Assembly: GCA_000091205.1 (NCBI GenBank)
Contig: AP006495.2
DNA length: 64,000 nucleotides
Reading direction: 5' to 3' (one strand)
Origin: Cyanidioschyzon merolae
Taxonomy: Eukaryota
Under the pieces are notes generated by a model that saw only the letters and a program-made list of their open reading frames with translations, searched no databases and was not told where the DNA came from. This document shows, one piece after another, positions 32,254 to 42,875 of this stretch; the stretch's first letter is position 1; every line of letters starts with the position of its first letter. The translations under genes and the position numbers were made by a program.

Positions 32254-35200
32254 TCAGCGGAAACAGATATGCTTTTCTGCGGCCGTCACTGTACCTTGGG
32301 CTTGCTCTGGAAAAACGGTTACGATGCCGCAACCGCATGCCACGAGCGCAGAGCAAGTTGGCACGAGCGTGAGCAGCGCGGGATCACCGACGCCCACCAG
32401 TAAACTACGTGTTGTCGTCACCGATGCACTGATCACACCACGTTCCGCAGTTAGCTCGAGCCGTAACTCGTGACAGCGGAGCCAACGGTCAGTAGACCAC
32501 GTCCACAGCTCCGCGTATAGATGAAAGAGCTCGTCAGCAGCGTGAACTAGCTGAACGCGACGGAGCTGCACGCCCACGAGTGCGCCGCTATGACGTCCGA
32601 TGCGCTCACTACTCCAATGGCAAGCCTGGTTCGCCAGATTGCATAGATGAAACCGGAAGTGCTGATCATCGCCACCGGCAACCAAGAGTAACCAGTCATG
32701 AGACTGGAGTCGGAACCAGTGGCCGTCCACTGCGTTCACCGCTGCGGCAAGGAAAGCCGACTGCTCCCAGCACGGTTCGAACGTCGCTGGATCCGCGAGT
32801 GGAGCGTTCCCAGCGTCGAGCGTGCCGCGTCTCGCTCTGAGTTCAGCTGTGTGCCAGTCATGCGGCCAGACGTATAGTGCAACACTGCCACCAGTGTCGC
32901 CGGCGAAAACGTACGCCGTACCTCGGATGCTACAGAGCGCTCGCGGGTAGGCGTAGGCTTGGCGTGGACGCACGGCTACCAGCGTCATCGTCGTGTACCA
33001 GTTTCGATCGGGGGAGCGTTGCTCAAACCGCTCTGTTTTGGCCCTAATGCCCGCAGGATGCCTGGCGTCGACATGCGGCTGGACCTGCAGTCGGTAAAGC
33101 GAGAGCGTACCATCGCTACGACCACAAAGCAACCAAGCCGTGAGCAGCTTGGGCTCGGTACGCTGCTCCGCAACTGCCAGTGTCGTCTGCGTCGCGTCCA
33201 GATGAGCGCCGTGCTGTCTATCGGTAGAAGACGCAGCTCCGAGCACCACAGCAGTCACGCGCGCTAACGACTCATCACTCGGTCGACATAGACTCGCGGC
33301 AAACGGTGCTCGACTGCGGGAGCGAATATACCGTGCAAGATGATTCAGGCCAGCAGCGGAAACCCGCCAGATGGCGAGGGTATCGCTACCACCACCACTG
33401 ACCAGCAGATACGCTTCAGCGTCCTGTACTGCGTCCATGGGAGTAGCAAGCGCTGCTCGGTCAGCTTCGAAATGGGGCCAAGGCAATGCGGCCAGCGTCA
33501 GTACCCCCGAAAAGTGGACCGCACTCCCTGAAGCGACGCGTTCCCAACTCGCTGCGGAGAACAGGCCTCCTTTGCTGAGACGCTGCACCTGCCACTGATA
33601 GAGATCCAGATTGGTATCCTCGGAGGCGGTTGCTATCCAGTACATGAGAGTTTCCCCTGCATGAGAGGCATATTCCCGGGTCGCTCGTGAGTGTTGCGGT
33701 ACACCCGCGACCTGTTCTCGTTGTTGTTGTGGCTGCTGCTGCTGCTGCTGCTGCTGCTGCCTTTGTTCCTTTTGTTCCAGTCGCTTTTGCCAATGCTGCG
33801 ATACCCGACTACCAGTTTCAGGTTCAAGCATCCGAGCATCCACATCGAGAGCGCACTGGCCGGACACCCGCAACACCACGAGGCCTTGGATGCGCATGCC
33901 GCTTCCTTGGAGACGTAGCCGCTGCGGCAGATACCAATAACAACGACAACAACCACCATCAGGTGACTGGAGGATGCGCTCGTACAGGTAAACGCTGCCC
34001 GCTTTCCAAAAGCCAAAACCAATCACGCGTCCGACTGCAGGTACATTGCGTTCGTAGAGCGTATGCGGTCGACGCCAACCTCCACACGGCACAAGAAACA
34101 ACGGCTGTGCGGTATCTAGGCGCCATATCCCGGCATACTGGCCCCGAAATCCCGACGCAAACAGCATCCGGGGACTTGCTGGCACCCGTGGATCACCGGG
34201 TTCCGCACACTCTGCCAGCTCCCAGAGGCAATCGCCCTGTTCGCATTCGGATGGACATTTTTCACGACTGCACTGGACAAGGCGAAGCCTAGAAGCGTCC
34301 GTTCCATATTCCAGCGCAAAGCGCGTAAAGGTCCCATCCATTGAAAGCAGACAGAGCATCGATGCGAGCGCCTGTGGCTTGCTGGAGCGAGCGCCATCGC
34401 CCGCTACCCCAGTTGGTGCGATGCTAGAGACGCGGTCGTCATGTGGTCGCACCAGTTGAATACACCCAAGTTCTGCACATGCTTCTGCACTTGACGACAA
34501 CCCGGGATGTAGGCGCACGTGACCGGAGCGATGACCTATCAGCAGGGCGATCACTGCTGCCGGTGAATGCAGTGCTGCGTCCTTTGGCGTGTTGCACGCT
34601 GCCCCTGTCAAGTTCGCAAAAAAATGGATACAAGACGGTTGCTGGACAATACCACGTGGTGCCGGAACCCGCGCAATAACGTGTGGTGCTGTTGGTGCCC
34701 GTTCGCGAGGCAGCAGCCGCTGCTCCAGCAACGACGCGATATCGAATACCAGCACGAGTCCGTCCGCAAAGGCGGCACCGAGGAGGCGATCCTGCCAGAG
34801 CTCCACCAGGGTTACGGGATGTGCCTCAGGGCGTGCGTTCCAGCATACCTGGTGCTGCAGCAGATGCCCAGATCTCGCATCCGAAGCGTTCATATGATCC
34901 AAATCCAGGCACAACGCTAAAATGGTGCTCTGGCGATGACTTGATCCCAGGAAGAGCCAGGGCCGACTCTTGGCCGCTGCGATACAGGCTGGCATGAAGT
35001 CCACGCTGTGGTCTCCGTGGAGCACCTCCGTCCACTTGAGTGCTTCCAGTTGCAGGGCGAGTACCCTTCTGGCGCTGGTGCTGATGCAGAGTAGTTGCGG
35101 GTTTGCCAAAACTGCCATAGCGCGAGCGTGCTCACGAACAGAGGGTCGTGCTGCTGCGCTGAGCGGCGGTAGCGGTGGTGCAGCAACCAAACCCTCCGGC

Positions 35201-36924
35201 CAAAAATGGAGCTGTTGACGAACCGATGCCTCCGCAGTCGTCGAGGTCAAGTTCGCCTCAGCGCTCCCGCGACCTGGGCATGCAGGATTTTCTGCAGCTG
35301 CGCGCTGCACGATTGTGGCCGGAAGTGCCGCTTCTCGCGGCCAGGGCACGGTATGGATGCTCACGGATCCATCTGCGCCGCCACTATAGAGCTTGAGCAA
35401 AGGCCATGGTCCAGCGACCGCATTTCGTGTCGAGAGAGCGGCTAGTGCGAGGTCCAGGCACCAGCAGTTGCGTTGTCGATGCCCTCGCCAGCAGTGCAGA
35501 CAGCAGTTGCGCTGCGCATCCCAGAGTCGCACAGTATCGTCTTCACCGACGCTGGCGACCATTAAATGGAGCTTTGGTGGCGACGCTTCCGACGCTGGAC
35601 AGGTGTAGGCTCGCACTGCCCAGGGACGGGCCTGGTGCCCCCGAAGGAGTGCGATTCGTTCGAGCCCAGCCACTTGGACTGCTTCAGGTGTCGAGCTGGC
35701 ACCGCATTCGCCTACACCAATGAACACAGGATCGACTGCTTGTACCGGGGTGCACGTTGTGCTCCCTGACAGGCCATTTGTAGCAACATCACACTGGACG
35801 CGAAAGCACTGTACGGTACGATCATCGCCACATGAGCACAACCAGAGCGTGTTGAGCGCTTCCGGACCAGTCCCGTTGGATAGGGAACCAGCGGGGATGC
35901 TGTCCCTGCGAATTGTGCCATTCGAAGCGGTAAGGAATGGTCTTGCCCAAACAACGCCGTAGATCGGCCCTCGATGTGCCTGATAACGTCGGCAGGATAG
36001 CGAGGATCGCTTCGGCTCGAAAACAGGCACGCTGAAGGAAGCCTCTCGCGTCAGAAACGTCGGGTTCTGCTGTGATGCCAGCGCTTGCACCAGAATAGAG
36101 CCATCCGCCGTACCGAACGCTACCAATGACGCAGTCGGTGAAAAGGCAGCAGACCAGTAACAAGCTCGCTCGAGACTACAGCAAGTCCTGATGTGGTGAA
36201 TCCGAGCGTCATTTGAACACGTTGTCGCCCTTAGGGCTAGGACACGTCCGTCCGCAAGCGCCAGGTAGAGTCGCAGACTGGCGGTATCGTTGGACTCTCG
36301 CTTCTCAGCAACGCGATGATGATGTGTTGCGTTTCTGTCCACGCTCGCAGGACAACCTGCTCCCGCAGCGGGTTCTCGTGTTCGTGATACGGACGAGGCG
36401 GAACGTGGCGACGCCTCTGCCGCCAAAGCAGGCTCTTCAACGACCCCACCTGGAGCGCTCCAGAGCTGTGGTTCGGAGACTGCGAGGATCCAAGCGTCAG
36501 CGGCATAGGTGATGCAGCGAACGGGCAGCTGTGCGTCATCGCATGGCCAGTGACACAGACAGAGGTGCCGTCCTCCAAATACCACAAGCCACTGGGACGC
36601 AGCAGTACCAGCTGCTGGTGGTGCTGGATCTAGTGATGAAGTCTCGATGCCGTGGATGAATTGACCTGCGGGCAGACAAGCAACGGTGCCCAGTAGACAC
36701 AATGGATCCTCGCGCCAAAGCTCCAGTAGGTGTCCAACGCCGACTCCAAGAATCCACTCCGTTTCTGTCGAGGTTCCTAAGCCGCACCTATTCAACCGTT
36801 TGAGTGCCGTAACAGGCCCTAGCTGTTGTTGTTGTTGCTGCTGCTGCTGCTGCTGCTGAGGTGCCATAGTCACCAGCAAAGGCCGCACTGCCGTCGTAAA
36901 GCTTCTCGCATCCCTGCTTGCCAC
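32254..36924 (-). CDS. Large WD40-repeat protein (1556 aa) with two polyglutamine tracts
   Basis: WD-like repeats (GHQARPWAVRAY...GEDDTVRLWD; SGGADGSVSIH; GSADGTLSLY). N-terminal Q12 tract and an internal Q-rich tract encoded by (CAG)n. Confidence 0.75.
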   Translation of the reverse strand: MASRDARSFTTAVRPLLVTMAPQQQQQQQQQQQQLGPVTALKRLNRCGLGTSTETEWILGVGVGHLLELWREDPLCLLGTVACLPAGQFIHGIETSSLDPAPPAAGTAASQWLVVFGGRHLCLCHWPCDDAQLPVRCITYAADAWILAVSEPQLWSAPGGVVEEPALAAEASPRSASSVSRTREPAAGAGCPASVDRNATHHHRVAEKRESNDTASLRLYLALADGRVLALRATTCSNDARIHHIRTCCSLERACYWSAAFSPTASLVAFGTADGSILVQALASQQNPTFLTREASFSVPVFEPKRSSLSCRRYQAHRGPIYGVVWARPFLTASNGTIRRDSIPAGSLSNGTGPEALNTLWLCSCGDDRTVQCFRVQCDVATNGLSGSTTCTPVQAVDPVFIGVGECGASSTPEAVQVAGLERIALLRGHQARPWAVRAYTCPASEASPPKLHLMVASVGEDDTVRLWDAQRNCCLHCWRGHRQRNCWCLDLALAALSTRNAVAGPWPLLKLYSGGADGSVSIHTVPWPREAALPATIVQRAAAENPACPGRGSAEANLTSTTAEASVRQQLHFWPEGLVAAPPLPPLSAAARPSVREHARAMAVLANPQLLCISTSARRVLALQLEALKWTEVLHGDHSVDFMPACIAAAKSRPWLFLGSSHRQSTILALCLDLDHMNASDARSGHLLQHQVCWNARPEAHPVTLVELWQDRLLGAAFADGLVLVFDIASLLEQRLLPRERAPTAPHVIARVPAPRGIVQQPSCIHFFANLTGAACNTPKDAALHSPAAVIALLIGHRSGHVRLHPGLSSSAEACAELGCIQLVRPHDDRVSSIAPTGVAGDGARSSKPQALASMLCLLSMDGTFTRFALEYGTDASRLRLVQCSREKCPSECEQGDCLWELAECAEPGDPRVPASPRMLFASGFRGQYAGIWRLDTAQPLFLVPCGGWRRPHTLYERNVPAVGRVIGFGFWKAGSVYLYERILQSPDGGCCRCYWYLPQRLRLQGSGMRIQGLVVLRVSGQCALDVDARMLEPETGSRVSQHWQKRLEQKEQRQQQQQQQQQPQQQREQVAGVPQHSRATREYASHAGETLMYWIATASEDTNLDLYQWQVQRLSKGGLFSAASWERVASGSAVHFSGVLTLAALPWPHFEADRAALATPMDAVQDAEAYLLVSGGGSDTLAIWRVSAAGLNHLARYIRSRSRAPFAASLCRPSDESLARVTAVVLGAASSTDRQHGAHLDATQTTLAVAEQRTEPKLLTAWLLCGRSDGTLSLYRLQVQPHVDARHPAGIRAKTERFEQRSPDRNWYTTMTLVAVRPRQAYAYPRALCSIRGTAYVFAGDTGGSVALYVWPHDWHTAELRARRGTLDAGNAPLADPATFEPCWEQSAFLAAAVNAVDGHWFRLQSHDWLLLVAGGDDQHFRFHLCNLANQACHWSSERIGRHSGALVGVQLRRVQLVHAADELFHLYAELWTWSTDRWLRCHELRLELTAERGVISASVTTTRSLLVGVGDPALLTLVPTCSALVACGCGIVTVFPEQAQGTVTAAEKHICFR

Positions 36925-37106
36925 CGGATCAAGGAAGCACGGGACTTATAAAATGGAGCCACCGATCGTTCCGAAAGCTGTTTTCAAGCGTGCTCTCCAG
37001 TCCTATAACGTACACCTTGTTCTGAGGCGAGCGCAAGCCCTCACTAGTCTACAACCGTACACCCATCTCCGAAACGAAATCTTCTCGATGAGGCGCTACC
37101 GATGAT

Positions 37107-37122
37107 CCCCCCCCCCCCCCCC
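37107..37122. repeat. Poly(C)16 homopolymer in the spacer between the WD40 gene start and the SWIB gene end
   Basis: gatgatcccccccccccccccccagatacc. Confidence 0.8.
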
Positions 37123-37438
37123 AGATACCAGAGGTTCCCTGCGTCCTCTTTATGGCTGGTAGCACTACTCATGTACCACACTGCCACCGATAGAGCACTT
37201 CTTGCGGTACCTGTCGCTTCCTTGCATGATCCTGGATGCTTCCGCATAACCTCTACGGATACCATTTCGTGTTCATAGACGCATATGATCCGAGTGGCGC
37301 TCGAGCATGCGGCTACCAATCCTCGACATAGTCTCAGTGCATGAGCAGGTTTTAGCGGATAATGGTTTAAGGCGCGTGCCATAACCAAGAGCGACGACAA
37401 CATACTATTCAAGACTCGGTAAAGCGGCCCGAGCGGCC

Positions 37439-38644
37439 TCAACTTTCCGAGTCCAGTTCCGACTGAGAACCCCTACCGACCTCATCGTTGCGTTGAAGAG
37501 GTTGCAGATGTTTCCCCAGAAAGCGGTTCATCCCAAAAGCGGTGACTCGCGTCTCACCGTCGAAGACTCGCTGAAGTTTGGCATCGCATTGGATAACCTT
37601 GCGATCATTGGGATCCTGCAACTGCTGCTTCTTGATGTACTCCCAGAGGAGGCGCACCACTTCGCACCGGCTGAGGATGCGCGCGCCTCCACAGATGTCG
37701 CTCAGCGCCTCTGAGACCTGCAGCGGTTGCGCCAGTCCCGATGCTTTCCTCTTTCCCGTTGAGGGCGTCGACGAGCGGTGGCTATCCTGCGTCGACTGGG
37801 AACCACCACTCAATGGCGAAAATGATGCTCCCAGCGCTTTCTCTTTGAGATGCTGACGTCCAGCACGAACGCGTGCTCGTTTGGCTGGGATTTTCCGTCG
37901 CTGGGTGAGTCCCTTGGCTTCCCATTCCTGACGCCAGGCTTGGATTCGAGCTTGCTCCTCTGGTGCGCATTGACTTTCTTTTCGGATGTGCTGCTCGAGC
38001 AGTTTGTTCATTTCAAAGAATGATACCGAGTCGCGATCGGGAAAGAGCTTGGCAAGCGCCGCATCCGGACGAAAGCGCATCCCCTGGCTTGGATCTCGCA
38101 GTTCGTGTTCGCGAACATAAGCATGTAGCTGTTTTGCGATCCAGGGCCGCGGAAGAATATCCTGTCCGCCGCAGACTGCCGCGAGTTCGGGAGCAAGCAT
38201 GACCGGGGCCATGAGTCCAGTAAAGCGCAGCGGCGACTCGCGATAAGTGGCAGTGTCGTCGTCGTTCTCTTGCGAGCGCTTCGCTTTGTTTGATCGTCGT
38301 TTCCTGGTCGCGGACTCGATAACGCCTGGTGGACCTTCTGGGTCTGCGGTACGGTTCACCGAGGCGTTCGGCGCTGTAGCGTTGCCTCCACTGATAGGCT
38401 GCTCGCCGCTTGCGCCGCTCGCCGTTTGCATGCGCTCGCGCAGACACCGAAGAACGTGTTCTTTTATCCAGTTTTTTCGTGACGAAAAGTCGTAGCCACC
38501 GAACTTGAACGACAAATCCTGCAGTATGGAGCGCAGAGAGGCCTGCTTTATATCGGCGTGCCGCACCATCCATTCTAGCACTGGAAGCACAGCCTCGTTG
38601 GACGGACTCGCGTCGACGTGACGTTGTCCTGGAGAAGCACTCAT
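37439..38644 (-). CDS. DEK C-terminal domain plus two SWIB/MDM2 domains (UAF30/BAF60-related chromatin protein), 401 aa
   Basis: DEK-C-like N-terminus (AVLPVLEWMVRHADIKQASLRSILQDLSFKFGGYDF). SWIB 1 is LAAVCGGQDILPRPWIAKQLHAYVREHELRDPSQGMRFRPDAALAKLF. SWIB 2 is LSDICGGARILSRCEVVRLLWEYIKKQQLQDPNDRKVIQCDAKLQRVF. Confidence 0.8.
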   Translation of the reverse strand: MSASPGQRHVDASPSNEAVLPVLEWMVRHADIKQASLRSILQDLSFKFGGYDFSSRKNWIKEHVLRCLRERMQTASGASGEQPISGGNATAPNASVNRTADPEGPPGVIESATRKRRSNKAKRSQENDDDTATYRESPLRFTGLMAPVMLAPELAAVCGGQDILPRPWIAKQLHAYVREHELRDPSQGMRFRPDAALAKLFPDRDSVSFFEMNKLLEQHIRKESQCAPEEQARIQAWRQEWEAKGLTQRRKIPAKRARVRAGRQHLKEKALGASFSPLSGGSQSTQDSHRSSTPSTGKRKASGLAQPLQVSEALSDICGGARILSRCEVVRLLWEYIKKQQLQDPNDRKVIQCDAKLQRVFDGETRVTAFGMNRFLGKHLQPLQRNDEVGRGSQSELDSES

Positions 38645-39077
38645 GAGCAGAACGTGTTCAAGGGATTAGAGCGCCACAGCTCTGTGAGTCTGTGAAAGCT
38701 TCGGCTGCACTGGCGTGTGCCGTTCGTGCGCCAACAAAGCTCGTAGCTCGTCGTGCGCACCACAACCAGGTAGCGTTTTACTCGCTTCCCCGGGCAGCGC
38801 GTAGAGCACTGCTAGTCGCCAGACCAACAGACGCCTCACAAACCCTGAGCACTGGCAGTGCCTTGGCACACACAGTGCTGCTGTCGGAAGTTGAGGCAGC
38901 AAAAGAACCCACAAAGCAGGCGGTATGAACGAAACGGCCAGTTGCGTTTAGCGCGCGCTAGCTAGGGCTCAGCCCAGCCCAGGCCAAGCCAGGCCAGCTC
39001 CAGGAATGCCTGTTTTTGGCCATCTGGCATCCGCTGCGCTGCGCAATCCGAAACGGCTACGCATGATCGATACGACT

Positions 39078-39370
39078 GCCCGGGGCAAGTATACAAAGAG
39101 GTATTCGCGCTGGAGGGAATGCTCTCTCTCTCTCTCTACATATATATAACGGTTCCGAGTAAGCGTGATGCGCTCGGAAACAGTGTAGGCTCGGATTGTT
39201 TTGGGGCGATACGATCGTTGATGCGCATGAAGATGTGCAAGACTGGTTTATCGATCGATACCACTGCCTGGGGCAAGTACGAAGAGGTATTCGCGCTGGA
39301 GGGAATGCACTCTCTGTCTCTCTCCATATATTTATACATAAAACGTTTCCGAGTGGGCGCGATGCGCTTA
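39078..39370. repeat. Two copies of a ~105-bp motif spaced about 185 bp apart, each with (CT)n and (AT)n microsatellite cores
   Basis: gcctggggcaagta(t/c)(a/g)aagaggtattcgcgctggagggaatgc(ac)tctct(c/g)tctctctc...atatat...aacg(g/t)ttccgagt occurs at about 39078 and about 39262. Confidence 0.7.
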
Positions 39371-40200
39371 CTTGAATCGCACACGTGCGACGCTCCCGCA
39401 GGCTCTTCGATAAATGCACGGCACATCTTATGGTGTTGTTCGTGTACAGTTCAGACGCAGGGGTAGCTAAGAGGCTTACCCTGCTCACTCGCTCTATCTA
39501 CATTCGTGACTTTGACCTAGTCGACAGAACTAGCGGTGGAACGTGCGGCTTGAAACGTCTCCTGTCGTGGCAAGAGTACCAGCCAGGTTACCCGCGCACC
39601 ATAAGCGGAAACAGAGCACACCGTTCTCTATCCATTGTATGGAATGCAAGGGCGTTTTTACCGGCATTCCGGCGCAGAGGGATGCCGTCGAAACAACCGC
39701 ATGAAGAATCTTTCAAAACTATGGCGGTATGGCTGCGGAATCCCTACCAATTCGTAGTGACATGGTCTCATGCGATTCGCGACATGATCCCAGAGACACC
39801 GCACGGGAAAACTCAGCCATACAGGTGAAGGTTTGACTTTAGCATACGGTATGTATCTGGTCGAGAGATTGGTTGTTTCCATACCTAATTGTAAAACATA
39901 TAACATGCCGCCCGGTTCAGCGATGTGCTGCAAAGCGTACCCAAGTCATCGGGTCACAATTCATTCCAGGTTCCTTATCCTCCGTCAGAACACTGGAAAG
40001 CGCTCCAACAATGGATTCCATATCCGAACATGTTGTTCTCGGGAGAATGTCAGAAATTTGTATGCTCGTTTGCTCCCGTACACGGAAAAACCCGCCTTCC
40101 ATTCTCAAGTGCGGAGTGTCTCTCAAAAAAGCTCCGCTTCCGGGACGCGATCGATACGACGCAGCCGAGAGGCTGTCGCTTCGCATGCTGAGCATCGCAT

Positions 40201-41097
40201 TCATCTGATATCTTTGAAGGCTGCTTGTGGGCTGAGTAACTCCCATGGATACACAATCCATTCCGAACCAGCAACCTCTTTCCCGTAGAAATCAGGTGCT
40301 TCGCCCGAGCCAAAACGATTATTTTCCGGTTTGTAATGAAGGACTGCCACATGTGCGAGCGCTGCTCTCGCTCGTTCACATCGCAAGCGAACCGCTCGTG
40401 CCGTTCGACCCGAGTCGAAAACGTCGTCCACAATCAGGACCCGTTTTCCTTCGATGAGTTTCATGTCGGGAAACATGAGCGCCCGCGGTTCCTGCAGTCC
40501 GTAAAAGCGTTCTCCCGAGTCATCATAGAAAATAACAGTTGCAGTCAAAATGTTTCGATGCTCGAAGCGTTGTGCTAACAAGGTACAGGGAATGAGTCCA
40601 CCGCGTGTAATTCCAAGCAGCAGGTCGTAACAGACTCTTCCCCGACCGGGATGTGTGCTCAAGTTTTCCCCGCCAGTCGGTACTGACTTTTCCATCACTC
40701 GTGTCGCAAGGGCGTTCGCCAGCTCCTCAACTTCTGCCCAGGTCACAATCGTATACTTTCCCCGAAAGTTCGCCATTCCCGCTGCCGTATCACCGTGCGC
40801 AGGGCCCGATGCAGGTCTCACGCACGCAAAGACACCACGAAGCACTTTTCGTTCCGCATCGCTCCAAAAACTCCGCCTCCAGAAAGATCTTTCTGAGATA
40901 CATCTTTGAGCCGGCACCGGATACCGGACTCGGTGACCCGCTGCAGGTCGCCTGTCGTACCCGTGGACGCCCTTTCCGCGTGCCACAGCAGCACGAGCAT
41001 GCCAGCACAATGATGCACAGTCAGCAGTGACCGAAGCGAAAGCAGCAGCCGGAGAAACCTTCCCTCTCAAGACTGCCAAAAGCTGATCCGACGCAGT

Positions 41098-41128
<31 letters not shown>

Positions 41129-41229
41129 AAGTCGGGAACCTTCCGCTCCATAACATTGGCGTACCGGTTGCCTACCCGTGTGCCGCGTCTACAGTCCACA
41201 GACGCGCACATCTTTCGCTGTGCGTGCAC
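40201..41229 (-). CDS. Type I phosphoribosyltransferase, xanthine-guanine PRT (gpt)-like, with an N-terminal extension that contains a Q11 tract
   Basis: PRPP-binding motif KRVLIVDDVFDSGRTARAV and C-terminal WIVYPWELL (compare the gpt WIEQPW motif). (CAG)n at 41096-41130. Confidence 0.7.
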
Positions 41230-42369
41230 GGCGCTTCGAGTGCTTCTACAAAGTACAATATATAAAAGTTTCTAGTGATAACCTAACCGGTATACTCGAG
41301 AGATGCGTCGACACACCAACGACTTTGGCGCGGGCGGCACGACACAAGCGCTTCAGACTGGAGCATTCTTCGATGACGCCGCCAACACCACCGTCGCAGA
41401 GCTTGCGTTGGTTACTTGACAGGAACAAGAGCTGTTGCAAGAGTCACTCCAGTGACTATTGCTATGGATTGGGGGAAATATAAGTTCCTGTGAAAGGGTT
41501 CATATTTGTGCGTTGCTAAGCGGCGGCGTTTATCCAACGAGTCCGGTTAGGTGCACCGAACCATCAACGTGAAGCGGGCGGGACGATCTTTCAAGCAACG
41601 CTCATGTTGCGGCACTGCCTGAAGAACCGAGTCCGCTTCTGCACCGGCGCTTCGTGCGATGAAAGGCATCGGGTAATTTCTTGATTGCCGGATCACAAGC
41701 TCAAAGTGAAACGCTCATAACGCCTAACGCCACCCTATTAGGCTCAGTTCACCGGTATCAGCTCCCGAGCGCGATGTACAGCAACGAACTTCTGTGTTGC
41801 GCTCGGCTTGCGAGCGAGTGCGCACCGAGAGCCTCGTGCTCGTCATCGCCGTTGACATGAGCGTCATCAAGCCACCAGTACTGCAACTATCCTTCCGAGG
41901 AGAATCGCATGGATCACATAGCGCTCCGCAGACAGTGTATGAAATAAGATGAAGGAACAAGCGCATCCGCAGGCAGTGTGCGTCGTCCGCTGCCGTACCG
42001 AGTAGCATGCACGCGCTCCAGTAATGCCCAGTACGATGGCAGTGAACTGAACAGTCCCCATGTTTGGCGTCTGCATCGAGCACTTCATGACAGCGTCGAA
42101 GCACACGAACTTGACCTGCCGATTATTCAAGGCTCCGCTGAAACCAGAAGCCACTTCCACGCGCAACGAAGACGCACCAACGTCGAGCGCAAAAACAACC
42201 GCCTGCGATACATGTCTGGCCTTGCATGTGAACACTCAGTGCGGAGAGACTTGTTCTCATGAGGACTTTCACCTCAATTGTTTTGCATTATCGGGTGCAT
42301 GTCATCAAATGCTCTTTCGCGGTTCATAGCAGATGCGTTCAACTTGCGTTCATTTGAAGAAACAAAAGT

Positions 42370-42875
42370 CCTAGGCTGAGGTATGGACATGGAGGTCGGG
42401 GATCCTGCAGGGCTGGTGTCCCCGGATGTTTGCGAAAAAACGACAGAAAAAATCCTCTTCCCTCCGGCCGTCGACAGAAGACGAGCAAGTGGCGACGACG
42501 AAGAAGAACAGGGCAGATGGGCGAAAAATGGTGTTTGCCCCACGAGACGATGCCGCAACTGTATTGGAAAAGAGGGCAGGAGTTCGAGGACTCCTTGCAT
42601 GGGTGCGCTCCACCAGATGCAATACATGCAAGGAGTTCCTGAACCGGGCCTTCAGCGCCGCCATCAATATCAGATGATGTGTGGTGCTGAAGACGAGACC
42701 CGAGGGGCTGAAGCGATCCAACTTTGTAGTGCAGTCTCTGATGCTCGAAGCGTACAAAGAGAAGCTGGAATCGATAGTAGACGCCCTGTCGACAAAGACT
42801 GGGACGTGTCTCCGGGTGGGTATTCATTTACCCCACATGTTCGTTGGGCAGTTTTTGTTTCACTGATCAGGTGTA
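42370..42875 (+). mobile_element. Copy (b) of the dispersed element family, truncated, with an in-frame TGA inside the ORF relic. Its end overlaps the stop codon of the 42867..45515 gene
   Basis: ..CKEFLNRAFSAAINIR*CVVLKTRPEGLKRSNFVVQSLMLEAYKEKLESIV is homologous to copies (a) and (c). The terminal roughly 120 bp aligns to the starts of (a) and (c). Confidence 0.6.

Noticed and set aside
37107-37122. The poly(C)16 run as a telomere-like or G-quadruplex/i-motif element
   Set aside because: It is a single homopolymer with no tandem telomeric unit around it. It is listed as a repeat feature only. It could equally be a polymerase-slippage or assembly-prone site
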